A stretch of 64,000 bases of DNA from an uncultured bacterium (GTDB lineage: Bacteria; Verrucomicrobiota; Verrucomicrobiia; Verrucomicrobiales; DEV007), in contig CAXBMO010000017.1 of assembly GCA_963977015.1 (NCBI GenBank), positions 80,719 to 144,718 of the forward strand, written 5' to 3'. The translations under genes were made by a program, and so were the position numbers. A model generated the notes under the pieces. It worked only from the letters and a program-made list of their open reading frames with translations. It made no database searches and had not been told where the DNA came from. Shown one piece after another: positions 8,334 to 16,996 of the stretch. The first letter of the stretch is position 1, and every line of letters begins with the position of its first letter.

Positions 8334-9860
8334 TTAATCCAAAACGTCTCGACCCGGTTCCGGTTTCTTCGTAGGTGGCGGCGCGGGTTTGCTTTCAGGC
8401 AACGGCTTGGTGGGAACACTCGAATACTTGGTGAAGAGATAGATGTGAGGAATATGCGGAAGTTGAGGCTCCACCAAAATGGACTCGCGCCCAACCCTGG
8501 AAGGATCGACATGCTTCAAATGATGGGAAACCTCATAGAACTGCCCACGGTGCGACCTCGCCCAACGCTCGACCGCGGGCACGACTTTGGGGTCCGCGGT
8601 TTTGGGAATCTCGGCCTCGGCTGCGGTGGCCAATGTGTCCAAGCGGCTTTCAAGAGCGGTGGCGTGAGCCTGGGTCTTTGCAAAGGGCACAAAACGATCC
8701 GACGCAAAGTCGTAGTCTTCAAACCGGCGTTTGATCTTCACCGCTTCCGGAACTGATGGCATAAACGTTCCCTTTTCATCAGGACTCCACGGCGCCCAAC
8801 CATTCGGAACCCCGGTTCCCCCTCCCAGGGAGTTGGCCAGATCCCGCGCCGCGATGTAGACGTCAAAACTGTCGGGCGCGACGTGGAAATAGATGTAGTT
8901 GCGATTGTTTGAAATGGTCTTGAAGGCATTGACCAGAGGCGAACCTGCGGAGCGAAACTCGCTGATCGCCATTCCTCCGTCCGGCCGCGGCACAAAGGCC
9001 AGTTTCAACCTGTCGCGATCAACCGTGACCTGGTATTCAACATCCTTGGTTCCCAACTTCCCGGCGTTGGACTTGAAATAGGAAGCAACCTTGGCGGAAT
9101 CATAGCGTAACTTCTTCAGCGCTTTTCCGTCACGATTCACAATCGACTCATAGCCTCTTCCGTCCCGTCGTTCTTTGTCACTTTTGAACGAGTAGGTATA
9201 AGATCCCGCTTCCCCACCGGAATATACCAGATCGTCAAAGTTGCTGTCCACCAAGTCGCGAATCTTGAACGCATGCTGATAGATATCACCGACATAATAG
9301 AGTTTTCCGAAGACGCAGAGAACGTAGCGCGGCTCGGCGGCTTCCGGGGCGGTCCTCGGATTGGGCAGCATGACGACGGTCGGGGCCGGGCCCTCATCCG
9401 ACATCGCGACTTCGAGTTTTTTTCGCAACTCGGTCAGTTCATCAACCTTGATCTGGTTTTCCGTCGATTGAGTCTCCTTCTTTTCCTCCTCGGTCTTGAT
9501 CGCCAGCTCGATGGCCTTGAGTTTGTTCTGCAGATCATCAACTGACTCGTCGGATTTCAACGCTTCCAATTGGAGCTCCAACTCTCTTTTCTGCTTGTTG
9601 ATTTCGTCCAGCGAGCGGTTTTGCGCCAACGCACTCTTCAGATTCGCCTTGTCTTCCAATCGCTTGTCGCGAGTCAATATATTCGCCTGCAACTCTTCCG
9701 GTGAGACCGGCTTGAGTTCGGAAACGATGCGATCCACCACATCGCTCATGCTGATGCTGGTGAGAATAAGAACAAGGAGCAGGATCCCGACCACGTTCGT
9801 CAACGCATCGAGCAACGAGTCCATGTTCGCTTCTTCATCTCCTTTGTTTCGGCGGGCCAT
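8334..9860 (-). CDS. Long ExbD/TolR-like single-pass membrane protein with coiled coil (Asp-containing TM)
   Basis: MARR..NMDSLLDALTNVVGILLLVLIL N-terminal TM, ~120 aa coiled coil, then an ExbD-like module (YFHVAPDSFDVYIAARD..GWAPW). Located in an operon with an ExbB-like gene. Confidence 0.65.
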   Translation of the reverse strand: MARRNKGDEEANMDSLLDALTNVVGILLLVLILTSISMSDVVDRIVSELKPVSPEELQANILTRDKRLEDKANLKSALAQNRSLDEINKQKRELELQLEALKSDESVDDLQNKLKAIELAIKTEEEKKETQSTENQIKVDELTELRKKLEVAMSDEGPAPTVVMLPNPRTAPEAAEPRYVLCVFGKLYYVGDIYQHAFKIRDLVDSNFDDLVYSGGEAGSYTYSFKSDKERRDGRGYESIVNRDGKALKKLRYDSAKVASYFKSNAGKLGTKDVEYQVTVDRDRLKLAFVPRPDGGMAISEFRSAGSPLVNAFKTISNNRNYIYFHVAPDSFDVYIAARDLANSLGGGTGVPNGWAPWSPDEKGTFMPSVPEAVKIKRRFEDYDFASDRFVPFAKTQAHATALESRLDTLATAAEAEIPKTADPKVVPAVERWARSHRGQFYEVSHHLKHVDPSRVGRESILVEPQLPHIPHIYLFTKYSSVPTKPLPESKPAPPPTKKPEPGRDVLD

Positions 9861-9874
9861 GGTGAGTCTTTCGG

Positions 9875-10708
9875 TTATTTCATCAGGTTCTCAAAATAGC
9901 TGAGATCAATCTCGCCCTCACCGGGAAGGGGGAGCTTGCCAGCTCGAAAATTGGATCGTCGCGCGATGTTGGCGGCATACGTATTCACCACCGAATTGGC
10001 TTTCGTGTAAGCGGCAATGGACTGCGGATTGTTCCTCACCAGGAACACGATCTGCGTTCGCGGATTGGCGTCGATGAAGTCGAGAAATTTGCGGAACTTT
10101 TCGTCGGTGTTGAGCGTTGCGGTCGACAGCTTCACCGGCTCCTCCCCTTTCCTCATGATCGAAATGGTTTGAGCCGATGCCTCGATGAAATAGGGCACCA
10201 AATTCCGTCCCGAACCCGCGGGGCGAACCTGGATCGGAGGCGCCTGATCCGCAGGTTTCTCCTGCGCGGCGAGTTTCTTCTTCAGCTCCTCGATATCGAG
10301 CAGCAGTTGCTGATACGACGTCAACAGACTTTCATTGTCGACTTTGAGTTGTCGCAGCTTCGCGTCTTTCTCGGCCAAACTCCCTTCCGTCTCCTCCACA
10401 TTCTCCATGATCTCGCGAAGCCGGTTCTTCTCGGTCATGGCGAAGGTCAATTCGTTGACCGATTTCGAGATGGTGTCGAGCAACTGACGAAGCTCATCAT
10501 TCTGCTTCTTCAGCTCCTCGCTTTCGGCGAGAACTTCCTTGTTTTGCTCTGAGCGGTCCTTTTCCTCCGGCTCAATATCATCCGCCTTTTGCAGCTGGAT
10601 AATCGCCATCCCGGAAATGATCACGACCAAGGCCCCGATGAGCGCCGCGAGGATGCTCAAAAACGGGAACAGAGAAATCGTAGTTCCGCTATCTTTGCGT
10701 CGTCCCAT
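9875..10708 (-). CDS. ExbD/TolR-like single-pass membrane protein with coiled coil (no TM Asp)
   Basis: MGRRK..ISLFPFLSILAALIGALVVII TM, coiled coil, C-terminal alpha/beta module (IVFLVR). Confidence 0.6.
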   Translation of the reverse strand: MGRRKDSGTTISLFPFLSILAALIGALVVIISGMAIIQLQKADDIEPEEKDRSEQNKEVLAESEELKKQNDELRQLLDTISKSVNELTFAMTEKNRLREIMENVEETEGSLAEKDAKLRQLKVDNESLLTSYQQLLLDIEELKKKLAAQEKPADQAPPIQVRPAGSGRNLVPYFIEASAQTISIMRKGEEPVKLSTATLNTDEKFRKFLDFIDANPRTQIVFLVRNNPQSIAAYTKANSVVNTYAANIARRSNFRAGKLPLPGEGEIDLSYFENLMK

Positions 10709-10742
10709 AGGGTTTGAAGTGCGGAGTCAGGCTAGCGCCGGA

Positions 10743-12254
10743 TCATCCAAATGGCCACATTTTCTTCTTCACCACCACTTGCTTGCCGTTCAGCTCCTTC
10801 AGCACGTTGTTCAAATTGGTGATTCCTTCCGCCAGGTTCTTCACACTGCCGGAAATGTCTTCGTCCAACTTGGATTCGTAGCCTTTGGCGCGATCCTCGA
10901 TCGCGGAAAGCTGCTTATCGACTGCTTCCGCCACCGTTTGGTAGTGCTCGGTCTGCTTGTCGTAGACCTCTTTCATGTTGCCATGAATCTCACCGAATTT
11001 GCCAACCACATCCTTGTTGCTGGCCGAAATGGCCTCGCCAAGTGACTTCAACGCGGCCGAATCCGTGAACTGACCACCGGCACCACCATCGTTGAGGCGC
11101 TTGATTAGGTTATCATTGCTGTATTCGTCTACCAGGTTCAGCACGTCTTCCTCAGTCGCCTGAAGAGAACTGGCCGGAATCATCAGCAAGATACTGAAAA
11201 CGAGGGCAAGGAACGTGGTATCGAACGCCGTTCCCAAACCGCCCAGAACAGTTTGCAGGCCACCCATCATCGCTTCGGGATCCGAGGCGTTGGCCAGGGT
11301 TTCCGCAAAGCTTCCGATGGCGCCACCGATACCGAGAACGGTTCCGATGAATCCCATGATCGGGATCGCCCACAGGAAAACCTTGGCCTGAGCGTAACTG
11401 CTGGCAATTGAGTTCGCGTCAATGTCCGACTGCGAAGACATCATCCCGGCAACCTCGCTGTTGCTCTCCCGAACGTAGAAATATTCCAACCCCTTGCGTA
11501 AGCGCTTGTGCATGAAGCTGTCATGCAATTTGCGGGGCAGATTGATCACATGGTCGTAGAAATCCGCCACATTGTACATGTTGATCTCAGGGCTGATATC
11601 CTGAGGCAAGGCATCGAGAAGCATGGCTCGGCGCTGCTTCTTAATATGAACCACTTTCAAAATCAGGATTCCCAATGTCCATCCCGCCAATCCGGTGGTG
11701 ACGAACTGGACCCAACTCCGCTCGATAAAGAGCTGGTAAAGGTAGTTCGCGGGTTTGTCAGGAGTGCTGGGACTGTCTGACAGAAAGATTGCCATCATGA
11801 CCACCCCCGCGATTCCCAATCCGATGGCCAGCGACAACCAAAAGCTCACCTGGGCAATGTTCCCCAGGGTTCCGGTGTAGAAATATTCGATGGGCCGGGG
11901 AGCTTCGTCAGAGATCTGGTGCTCCAGAGTCTGTTCGTGCGTTTGCTCTTCCTCCTCGGGTTCCGGAGCGGACTCCGTCGTGGGCGCAGGTGCCGAAGTG
12001 GCTCGGCCAATTCCCAAATTAGGCGGCGGAATGGCCGGCGAAGTATCCGGAGACGGGATGCTCGGCTTTGGAATCGATGGAGCGGGAGGCTCAGCAGCGC
12101 TGGGCGCGGGAGGAGCGGCCGCACTCGATGCGGGAGTCCCCGGTGCCTCCGGGATCTTGATCTTGGCACTACAGCCAGGACACTTCACGGTTTTGCCGGC
12201 CGAATCCGCTTCGGCCTGCATTTGAACGCTACATTTTGGGCAGCTAAATCTCAC
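10743..12254 (-). CDS. MotA/TolQ/ExbB proton-channel family protein with N-terminal zinc ribbon
   Basis: CPKC..CPGC, Pro-rich linker, four hydrophobic helices including AIPIMGFIGTVLGI and GLGTAFDTT (ExbB/TolQ signature helices), C-terminal coiled coil. Confidence 0.88.
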   Translation of the reverse strand: MRFSCPKCSVQMQAEADSAGKTVKCPGCSAKIKIPEAPGTPASSAAAPPAPSAAEPPAPSIPKPSIPSPDTSPAIPPPNLGIGRATSAPAPTTESAPEPEEEEQTHEQTLEHQISDEAPRPIEYFYTGTLGNIAQVSFWLSLAIGLGIAGVVMMAIFLSDSPSTPDKPANYLYQLFIERSWVQFVTTGLAGWTLGILILKVVHIKKQRRAMLLDALPQDISPEINMYNVADFYDHVINLPRKLHDSFMHKRLRKGLEYFYVRESNSEVAGMMSSQSDIDANSIASSYAQAKVFLWAIPIMGFIGTVLGIGGAIGSFAETLANASDPEAMMGGLQTVLGGLGTAFDTTFLALVFSILLMIPASSLQATEEDVLNLVDEYSNDNLIKRLNDGGAGGQFTDSAALKSLGEAISASNKDVVGKFGEIHGNMKEVYDKQTEHYQTVAEAVDKQLSAIEDRAKGYESKLDEDISGSVKNLAEGITNLNNVLKELNGKQVVVKKKMWPFG

Positions 12255-12457
12255 GGTTTAAGTAGTTGGTTTCGAGGGTTGAATGGGAGCCTGCGTTTCC
12301 CCAGATTCGATTCTGGATGTATTTGGGACGTTTGAGGCGGAAAGACAAGCTTTTTCAGTCAGGAGCATGAAACTCACGACAGCATCGCCATCCTGGAAAA
12401 TTGATTTCTTCCATCTCAATTTGGGTAATTGAGGGACGCCTGACCGTACAATCCTCT

Positions 12458-12961
12458 TCAACTCGCCAATTGATGCCGAATCGTTGAGGGGGCCAAGCCG
12501 AAATCGGCAGGAAGCTCCGTTCCCATTGATTGGCACATGATTCCGATGATCGCAAAGTGATGAACCATGTGGGAGACCAGAAATTGCAATTCACGCCCCA
12601 CGGTTGATTTCTTCCAATGCGTCTCATTTCCTCCGCAATCCGATTTCACGAGGATTTCCTGGCCTTCATCAATCGTTCCCTCCCCCAGAAGCAACAGATT
12701 GATCATCCGCTGAATCCGCAACCCCGCCGTCTCGGGATCCAATTCCGAAGGAACGCCTCTCTCACGTGCGTCATAATCCACTTTTCCTCCGGGAAGCCCC
12801 TCAACAAGACACTCAAAATGGTCGAGGCAATGGCGGATATGACCTCCCACCGTTCCTCCAAAACACGTTGCATGAGGCGATGTGTATTGAACCGTATCCA
12901 ATCCAGAAACGAGATCGTACCCCTGTTGCAGATAGATACGGCAGGAATTGAGCAAAGTCAT
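12458..12961 (-). CDS. DinB/YfiT family putative metalloenzyme
   Basis: GGHIRHCLDHF, VDYDARER, and RELQFLVSHMVHH His triad. Confidence 0.8.
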   Translation of the reverse strand: MTLLNSCRIYLQQGYDLVSGLDTVQYTSPHATCFGGTVGGHIRHCLDHFECLVEGLPGGKVDYDARERGVPSELDPETAGLRIQRMINLLLLGEGTIDEGQEILVKSDCGGNETHWKKSTVGRELQFLVSHMVHHFAIIGIMCQSMGTELPADFGLAPSTIRHQLAS

Positions 12962-13134
12962 TGCGAAGAAGGGGTTTGAACGCCCGTACGGACACTACCG
13001 ACGAGATAACCTAACCCGTCTCCGCTCTTTTAGCGAGACTCGCTCAAAATGCAATGCCAATCTAGCAAACTTCCCAAGGGGATCCGATCGGGAGAACTTC
13101 GGGAGGTATTTCCCAAACCTGGAGGGAAGCTCCG

Positions 13135-16104
13135 CTACTTCGCAGCAACGGTTTCCTCTTCCCACTCGCGATACATCCCCCGGTATTTATTCTCCAGTTC
13201 ATCAACCCGGCGGGATTGCTGCTGGATCTCTCCTTCCTGGCGTTTCTTCAACTCCAACGCCTTCTTTAACTCGGCCTCTTTCTGAAGCTTCGCTTTTTCT
13301 CGATCGGAGATCATTTGGGGAGCTTTCGTCACCGTTTCGGTGGCCTGGGTCAGACGCTTGGTGGTTTCCTCAACCTTTTTGTAGGTGGCTGCGAGCACTT
13401 TCTCGAATTCCGGCGCCTTCGCATCTGGCTCTGCCAGGGACCGCGCCGCAACCAACTGCAGCGCGACTTCCACAACATCGTCAGATGCGGTGTCCAGCAG
13501 TTCGGTGGTTTCTGCAATGGTCTTTTGGGCGCCCTCCAAGGTTTTCTTTGCGTCTTCCACGGCCTTGGCGGCCGCCTCTTTTTGAGCGATGGCCTGCTGT
13601 GCCTGCCCTTCGACGCTCATCAGGCGTTCGTGATAATTTTCGAGTGTTTCCTGCTCTTTGTGGAGCACGACATTGACTTCTGCAGCAGCCCATTTGTCGA
13701 CTTGATACTGCATGAACGCCAAATCAAACTTGGCCTGCTTTGCATCGTTCTGGGCCTTCGTCTGGGCCGCAACGAGTTGATTGTAGCGGTCGGTTGCCGC
13801 TTTGGCAGCCGCTTCTTTGGCCTTGATCGCCGCATCCGCACCGGCCAGAACCTTTTTCGCGTCTTCAATCCGCTTTTGAGCATCGGCAACATTCTTCTTG
13901 GCTGCGTCGACCTTGGCTTTGATACCTACGAGTTCTTTCTTCACAACCTCGGCATCTTTTTCAGCCTGCGGCATCGCTTTCTTCTCAGCCTCATCGGCGA
14001 CTTTCTTTTGCTCTCCAATGAGGAGTTGGGCCACTTTCAGTGATCTCTCTCCCTCAACGACCGAATTCTTGGCGTTCATGAGCCCGGCTTCGGCGTTTTT
14101 CAGCTTGTTTCCAATGTCCCGGCGCTTCGCGTCAGCCGCCTTCATCGCGCCATCCGCTTTGGCAAATGCGGCCTTTGCTTCGGACAGAGCTTTTTGAAAA
14201 TCCTGATTTTCAGGAACTTGCTCAACCTGGAGCTGCAACCCTTTGACCCGGGCTTCAAGATCGACCCGATTCTTTACGGCCTGCTCATACTGCTGCTCGG
14301 CGACCGGAAGATCCTTACGACCCTGCGCGATCTGCGCGGTGAGTTGGCCCGCCAATTCCTTCTGCTTCGCAATTGCCGCCTCCTTGGCTTTGGCATCATT
14401 GGTCAACGCCGCCAATTTCTGATGTTCAGGCGTGTTTTTGGCGGAATTCAGTTTCGCCGCCACTTCAGCATTCTTTTTGTTATACTCGCCCTCGGCGGCT
14501 TTCACGGCGTTGCCAAGGTCTGCCAGCGTCTTGCCGGCACCTTTGACAACTGAATCCGCATCTGCTTTTTGCTTTTTCACCGCCGCGACTTGTGAATTGG
14601 CATCATCGCGAGCCTTTTTTCCTGCATTGGCCGCATCCGCGGCTTTCTTGATCGCCGCCTCAAGCGCGGGCAAATTCTTGGTGATTTCAGCAACGCGAAG
14701 CTTCGAGTCCTCCATTTGCTGGGCAATGGTCGGCGGATTGCTGATCAACTCACCAATCAGTGTGCCATCCTCGGCGTTCCAAACCTTGAGTTGACCGTTC
14801 CAGTCCCCGCTAATGACCTTCTTATTGTCAAAGGTGAAGACGACCGAGGTCACAACGTCCGTGAACTCCTTGATTTCGCGGAGAAGCTTTCCGTTCAGAT
14901 CCCAGATTTTCACGCGGTTATCGCGGCCTGCTGTCGCGATTTTCGATCCATCGGGAGAGAAGTCGATCGCCAGGGCGCCACCACCATGAGCGGCCCATTT
15001 CTTGATCTGCTTTCCATTCTGCATTTCCCACAAGGAAACGTTTCCATCTTCGCTCGACGCCCCGACAACGTTCGAATCACCTCGCCAGCTAATTCCGGTG
15101 ATCGCCTGTTGGTGCTCTTTCAATTCGTAGAATTCCATTCCAGCCTCAGCTTCCCAAACATAGAGACCACCATTGCGTCCTCCCGTGGTCAGCAACACGC
15201 CATCAGGACTGTATTCTGCTTCCATCAACCAATCCGGATGCTTCTTGATGGAGTGAAGCTGCTCGCCCGTCGTGGTATCGAAGATTTTGATATTCCGACC
15301 GGGGCCACCCAGCGTTACGAACTTGTGATTCGGACTGATATCAGCCGCCAGCGCGGTATCGAATTCGCGCCCGACTTCAACGACCCGATCTCCGGTTTCG
15401 ACATCCCAAGCGACCGCTTTCCCTGATTTGCCACCTCGTCCCCCGCCGGCAATCAGCAATGACCCATTGGCGCTGAAGGAAACCGTCTCCGGAAATCCTT
15501 CTTCGAACGGCAAGATTCCCAGGAGCTCGAGGCTGTCGGAGTTGTAAAGAATGACCTGCTTTTGCCCACCAATCGCAACCAAAGGCGCCCACGGGCTTGC
15601 CGCAATCGCCGTCACGGCATTTCCTCGCGGAGTCACGACCGTCGGCTCCAGAAGGAGATGCTCCGGCATGGCCGGATCTTCGGGTTTTCCACCCACTTCA
15701 ACGGTTGACGCAATCGTTGGGGCGCTCGATTTTTTGGCCTTGCTGTTCGTGGTCTCAAGCAGTCCGCCCTCAATCCACTTTTTCATCATCGCGAGATGTT
15801 TGTCCTCCGATCTGGGCTTGTTCGGTGGCATCTTCGGCTCATCGGTGTGCGCAGTCAGGGTGTAGAGTCGGCTACTGTCGGGGTTGCCTGCCTGCACAAC
15901 TTCTCCTCCTGATCCGCCCGCCATCATGGCTCCATAACTCGTCAAATCCAAACCTCCCTTGGCCTCGTCCGGATTGTGACAGTTCAAACAAGCACTTTCC
16001 AGGAAGGGCATGACGTGATCCACATAGGTGATCTTTTCCTGGGCGTTGGCGCTCCCCAACGCAATCGATAGGGCAAATAGAATGAGCGATGTGTGTTTTT
16101 TCAT
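13135..16104 (-). CDS. Exported planctomycete-type cytochrome c + WD40 beta-propeller + long coiled-coil protein
   Basis: Signal peptide; CLNCH heme motif with GGLDL..MPP..WI (PSCyt1-like); about seven WD40 repeats; ~500 aa Ala/Lys/Glu coiled coil. Confidence 0.88.
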   Translation of the reverse strand: MKKHTSLILFALSIALGSANAQEKITYVDHVMPFLESACLNCHNPDEAKGGLDLTSYGAMMAGGSGGEVVQAGNPDSSRLYTLTAHTDEPKMPPNKPRSEDKHLAMMKKWIEGGLLETTNSKAKKSSAPTIASTVEVGGKPEDPAMPEHLLLEPTVVTPRGNAVTAIAASPWAPLVAIGGQKQVILYNSDSLELLGILPFEEGFPETVSFSANGSLLIAGGGRGGKSGKAVAWDVETGDRVVEVGREFDTALAADISPNHKFVTLGGPGRNIKIFDTTTGEQLHSIKKHPDWLMEAEYSPDGVLLTTGGRNGGLYVWEAEAGMEFYELKEHQQAITGISWRGDSNVVGASSEDGNVSLWEMQNGKQIKKWAAHGGGALAIDFSPDGSKIATAGRDNRVKIWDLNGKLLREIKEFTDVVTSVVFTFDNKKVISGDWNGQLKVWNAEDGTLIGELISNPPTIAQQMEDSKLRVAEITKNLPALEAAIKKAADAANAGKKARDDANSQVAAVKKQKADADSVVKGAGKTLADLGNAVKAAEGEYNKKNAEVAAKLNSAKNTPEHQKLAALTNDAKAKEAAIAKQKELAGQLTAQIAQGRKDLPVAEQQYEQAVKNRVDLEARVKGLQLQVEQVPENQDFQKALSEAKAAFAKADGAMKAADAKRRDIGNKLKNAEAGLMNAKNSVVEGERSLKVAQLLIGEQKKVADEAEKKAMPQAEKDAEVVKKELVGIKAKVDAAKKNVADAQKRIEDAKKVLAGADAAIKAKEAAAKAATDRYNQLVAAQTKAQNDAKQAKFDLAFMQYQVDKWAAAEVNVVLHKEQETLENYHERLMSVEGQAQQAIAQKEAAAKAVEDAKKTLEGAQKTIAETTELLDTASDDVVEVALQLVAARSLAEPDAKAPEFEKVLAATYKKVEETTKRLTQATETVTKAPQMISDREKAKLQKEAELKKALELKKRQEGEIQQQSRRVDELENKYRGMYREWEEETVAAK

Positions 16105-16347
16105 GACTTGACCAGCTTTCAGGGCTTTGCGAAAAATTAGAGGCAGTTAACAGTTAATTTTTCTGAATTTACAGTAATTCCACAATTTCTGCAGGTTTCC
16201 TGCCGCCGCAGGACTGAGTTAGTATCTTTGCGGGTTGGTTCGTTCAATTCAAGTACCGTTCGATTTTCCTGAAAAATCGCACCCCAGATACACGTCCCAA
16301 ACCAGCCTCCTGTTGCAATGTGTTGCCATTTAGGACATTTATCCAAC

Positions 16348-16935
16348 GTGCGGCCCCCAGATTCACCAATTCCCGAACCCGATCAACTGCTCCTCGCGGC
16401 CCAGCAAGCGTCCATCAAATTCAACGTCGAGGACTATTGGCAGACCATTCTTGTCCTGCGACAGAAGCACTATTCGTGGCGAGATATCGCAGCTTGGTTC
16501 AAGCGGGAGGGCCTTCCTTGTGACCACACGAGGATTTATCGGTTTGGCCAGAAATGTGTCGCGCTGCAAGTGGCGACCATTCCCGAAGAAGAGCGCCCTT
16601 TCGCCGTTGCCGACATGCTTGGAGAAACGATTCAAGAACTGACGGATCTTGGGAATCTTCCTGAAATGATCCGTGAAGTTGACCTCTCAGACGCTGGTGT
16701 CGATGAATACGAAGTCCCCACCGTCGAAGTCGATCCCTCACAAGGGCTGGTAATTTCCATTCGATTTACCATCACCAGCGCGCACGCCACAGGCGAAGAC
16801 TACCAGGGCCCAAGAATCCGCGGAACCGCGACCGGAATCCTCCGTCCCGACAACTCGGTGGAATATGGCAACATTGCCGCAACCGCGGAGGAACCTGAAA
16901 AGCCCAAGGTTTTGGGCCGCTGGTTAAGCAACTAG
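16348..16935 (+). CDS. Hypothetical protein with N-terminal HTH-like region
   Basis: LRQKHYSWRDIAAWFKREGLPCDHTRIYRF is HTH-like; acidic beta-rich C-terminal half. Probable GTG at 16348 (track starts at 16318). Confidence 0.55.
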   Translation: MRPPDSPIPEPDQLLLAAQQASIKFNVEDYWQTILVLRQKHYSWRDIAAWFKREGLPCDHTRIYRFGQKCVALQVATIPEEERPFAVADMLGETIQELTDLGNLPEMIREVDLSDAGVDEYEVPTVEVDPSQGLVISIRFTITSAHATGEDYQGPRIRGTATGILRPDNSVEYGNIAATAEEPEKPKVLGRWLSN

Positions 16936-16996
16936 CCGTCCCGCTCAGGAGACATTTACGGTCGACCAATCGTAGCGTAGGTAGTTCCGCCGAATC

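Noticed and set aside
5725-8756. Long plus-strand ORFs (582 aa, 394 aa)
   Set aside because: Antisense to clearly conserved enzymes; no motifs; expected in GC-rich codon usage.
8334-12254. Zorya (ZorAB) anti-phage system
   Set aside because: No OmpA-like domain on either B subunit, no long ZorA tail, no zorC/D/E, and host-like composition.
13043-13060. Sigma54-like TTGGCRT-N4-TTTTGAG upstream of dinB (also at 48475-48492 upstream of tpsA1)
   Set aside because: Spacing is GG-N11-GA, not GG-N10-GC, and a 13/18 match between two intergenic sites is expected by chance.
16144-16177. CAGTTAA tandem repeat upstream of the cytochrome c-WD40 gene
   Set aside because: Two 7-bp copies plus one degenerate copy in AT-rich DNA; insufficient evidence for a binding site.
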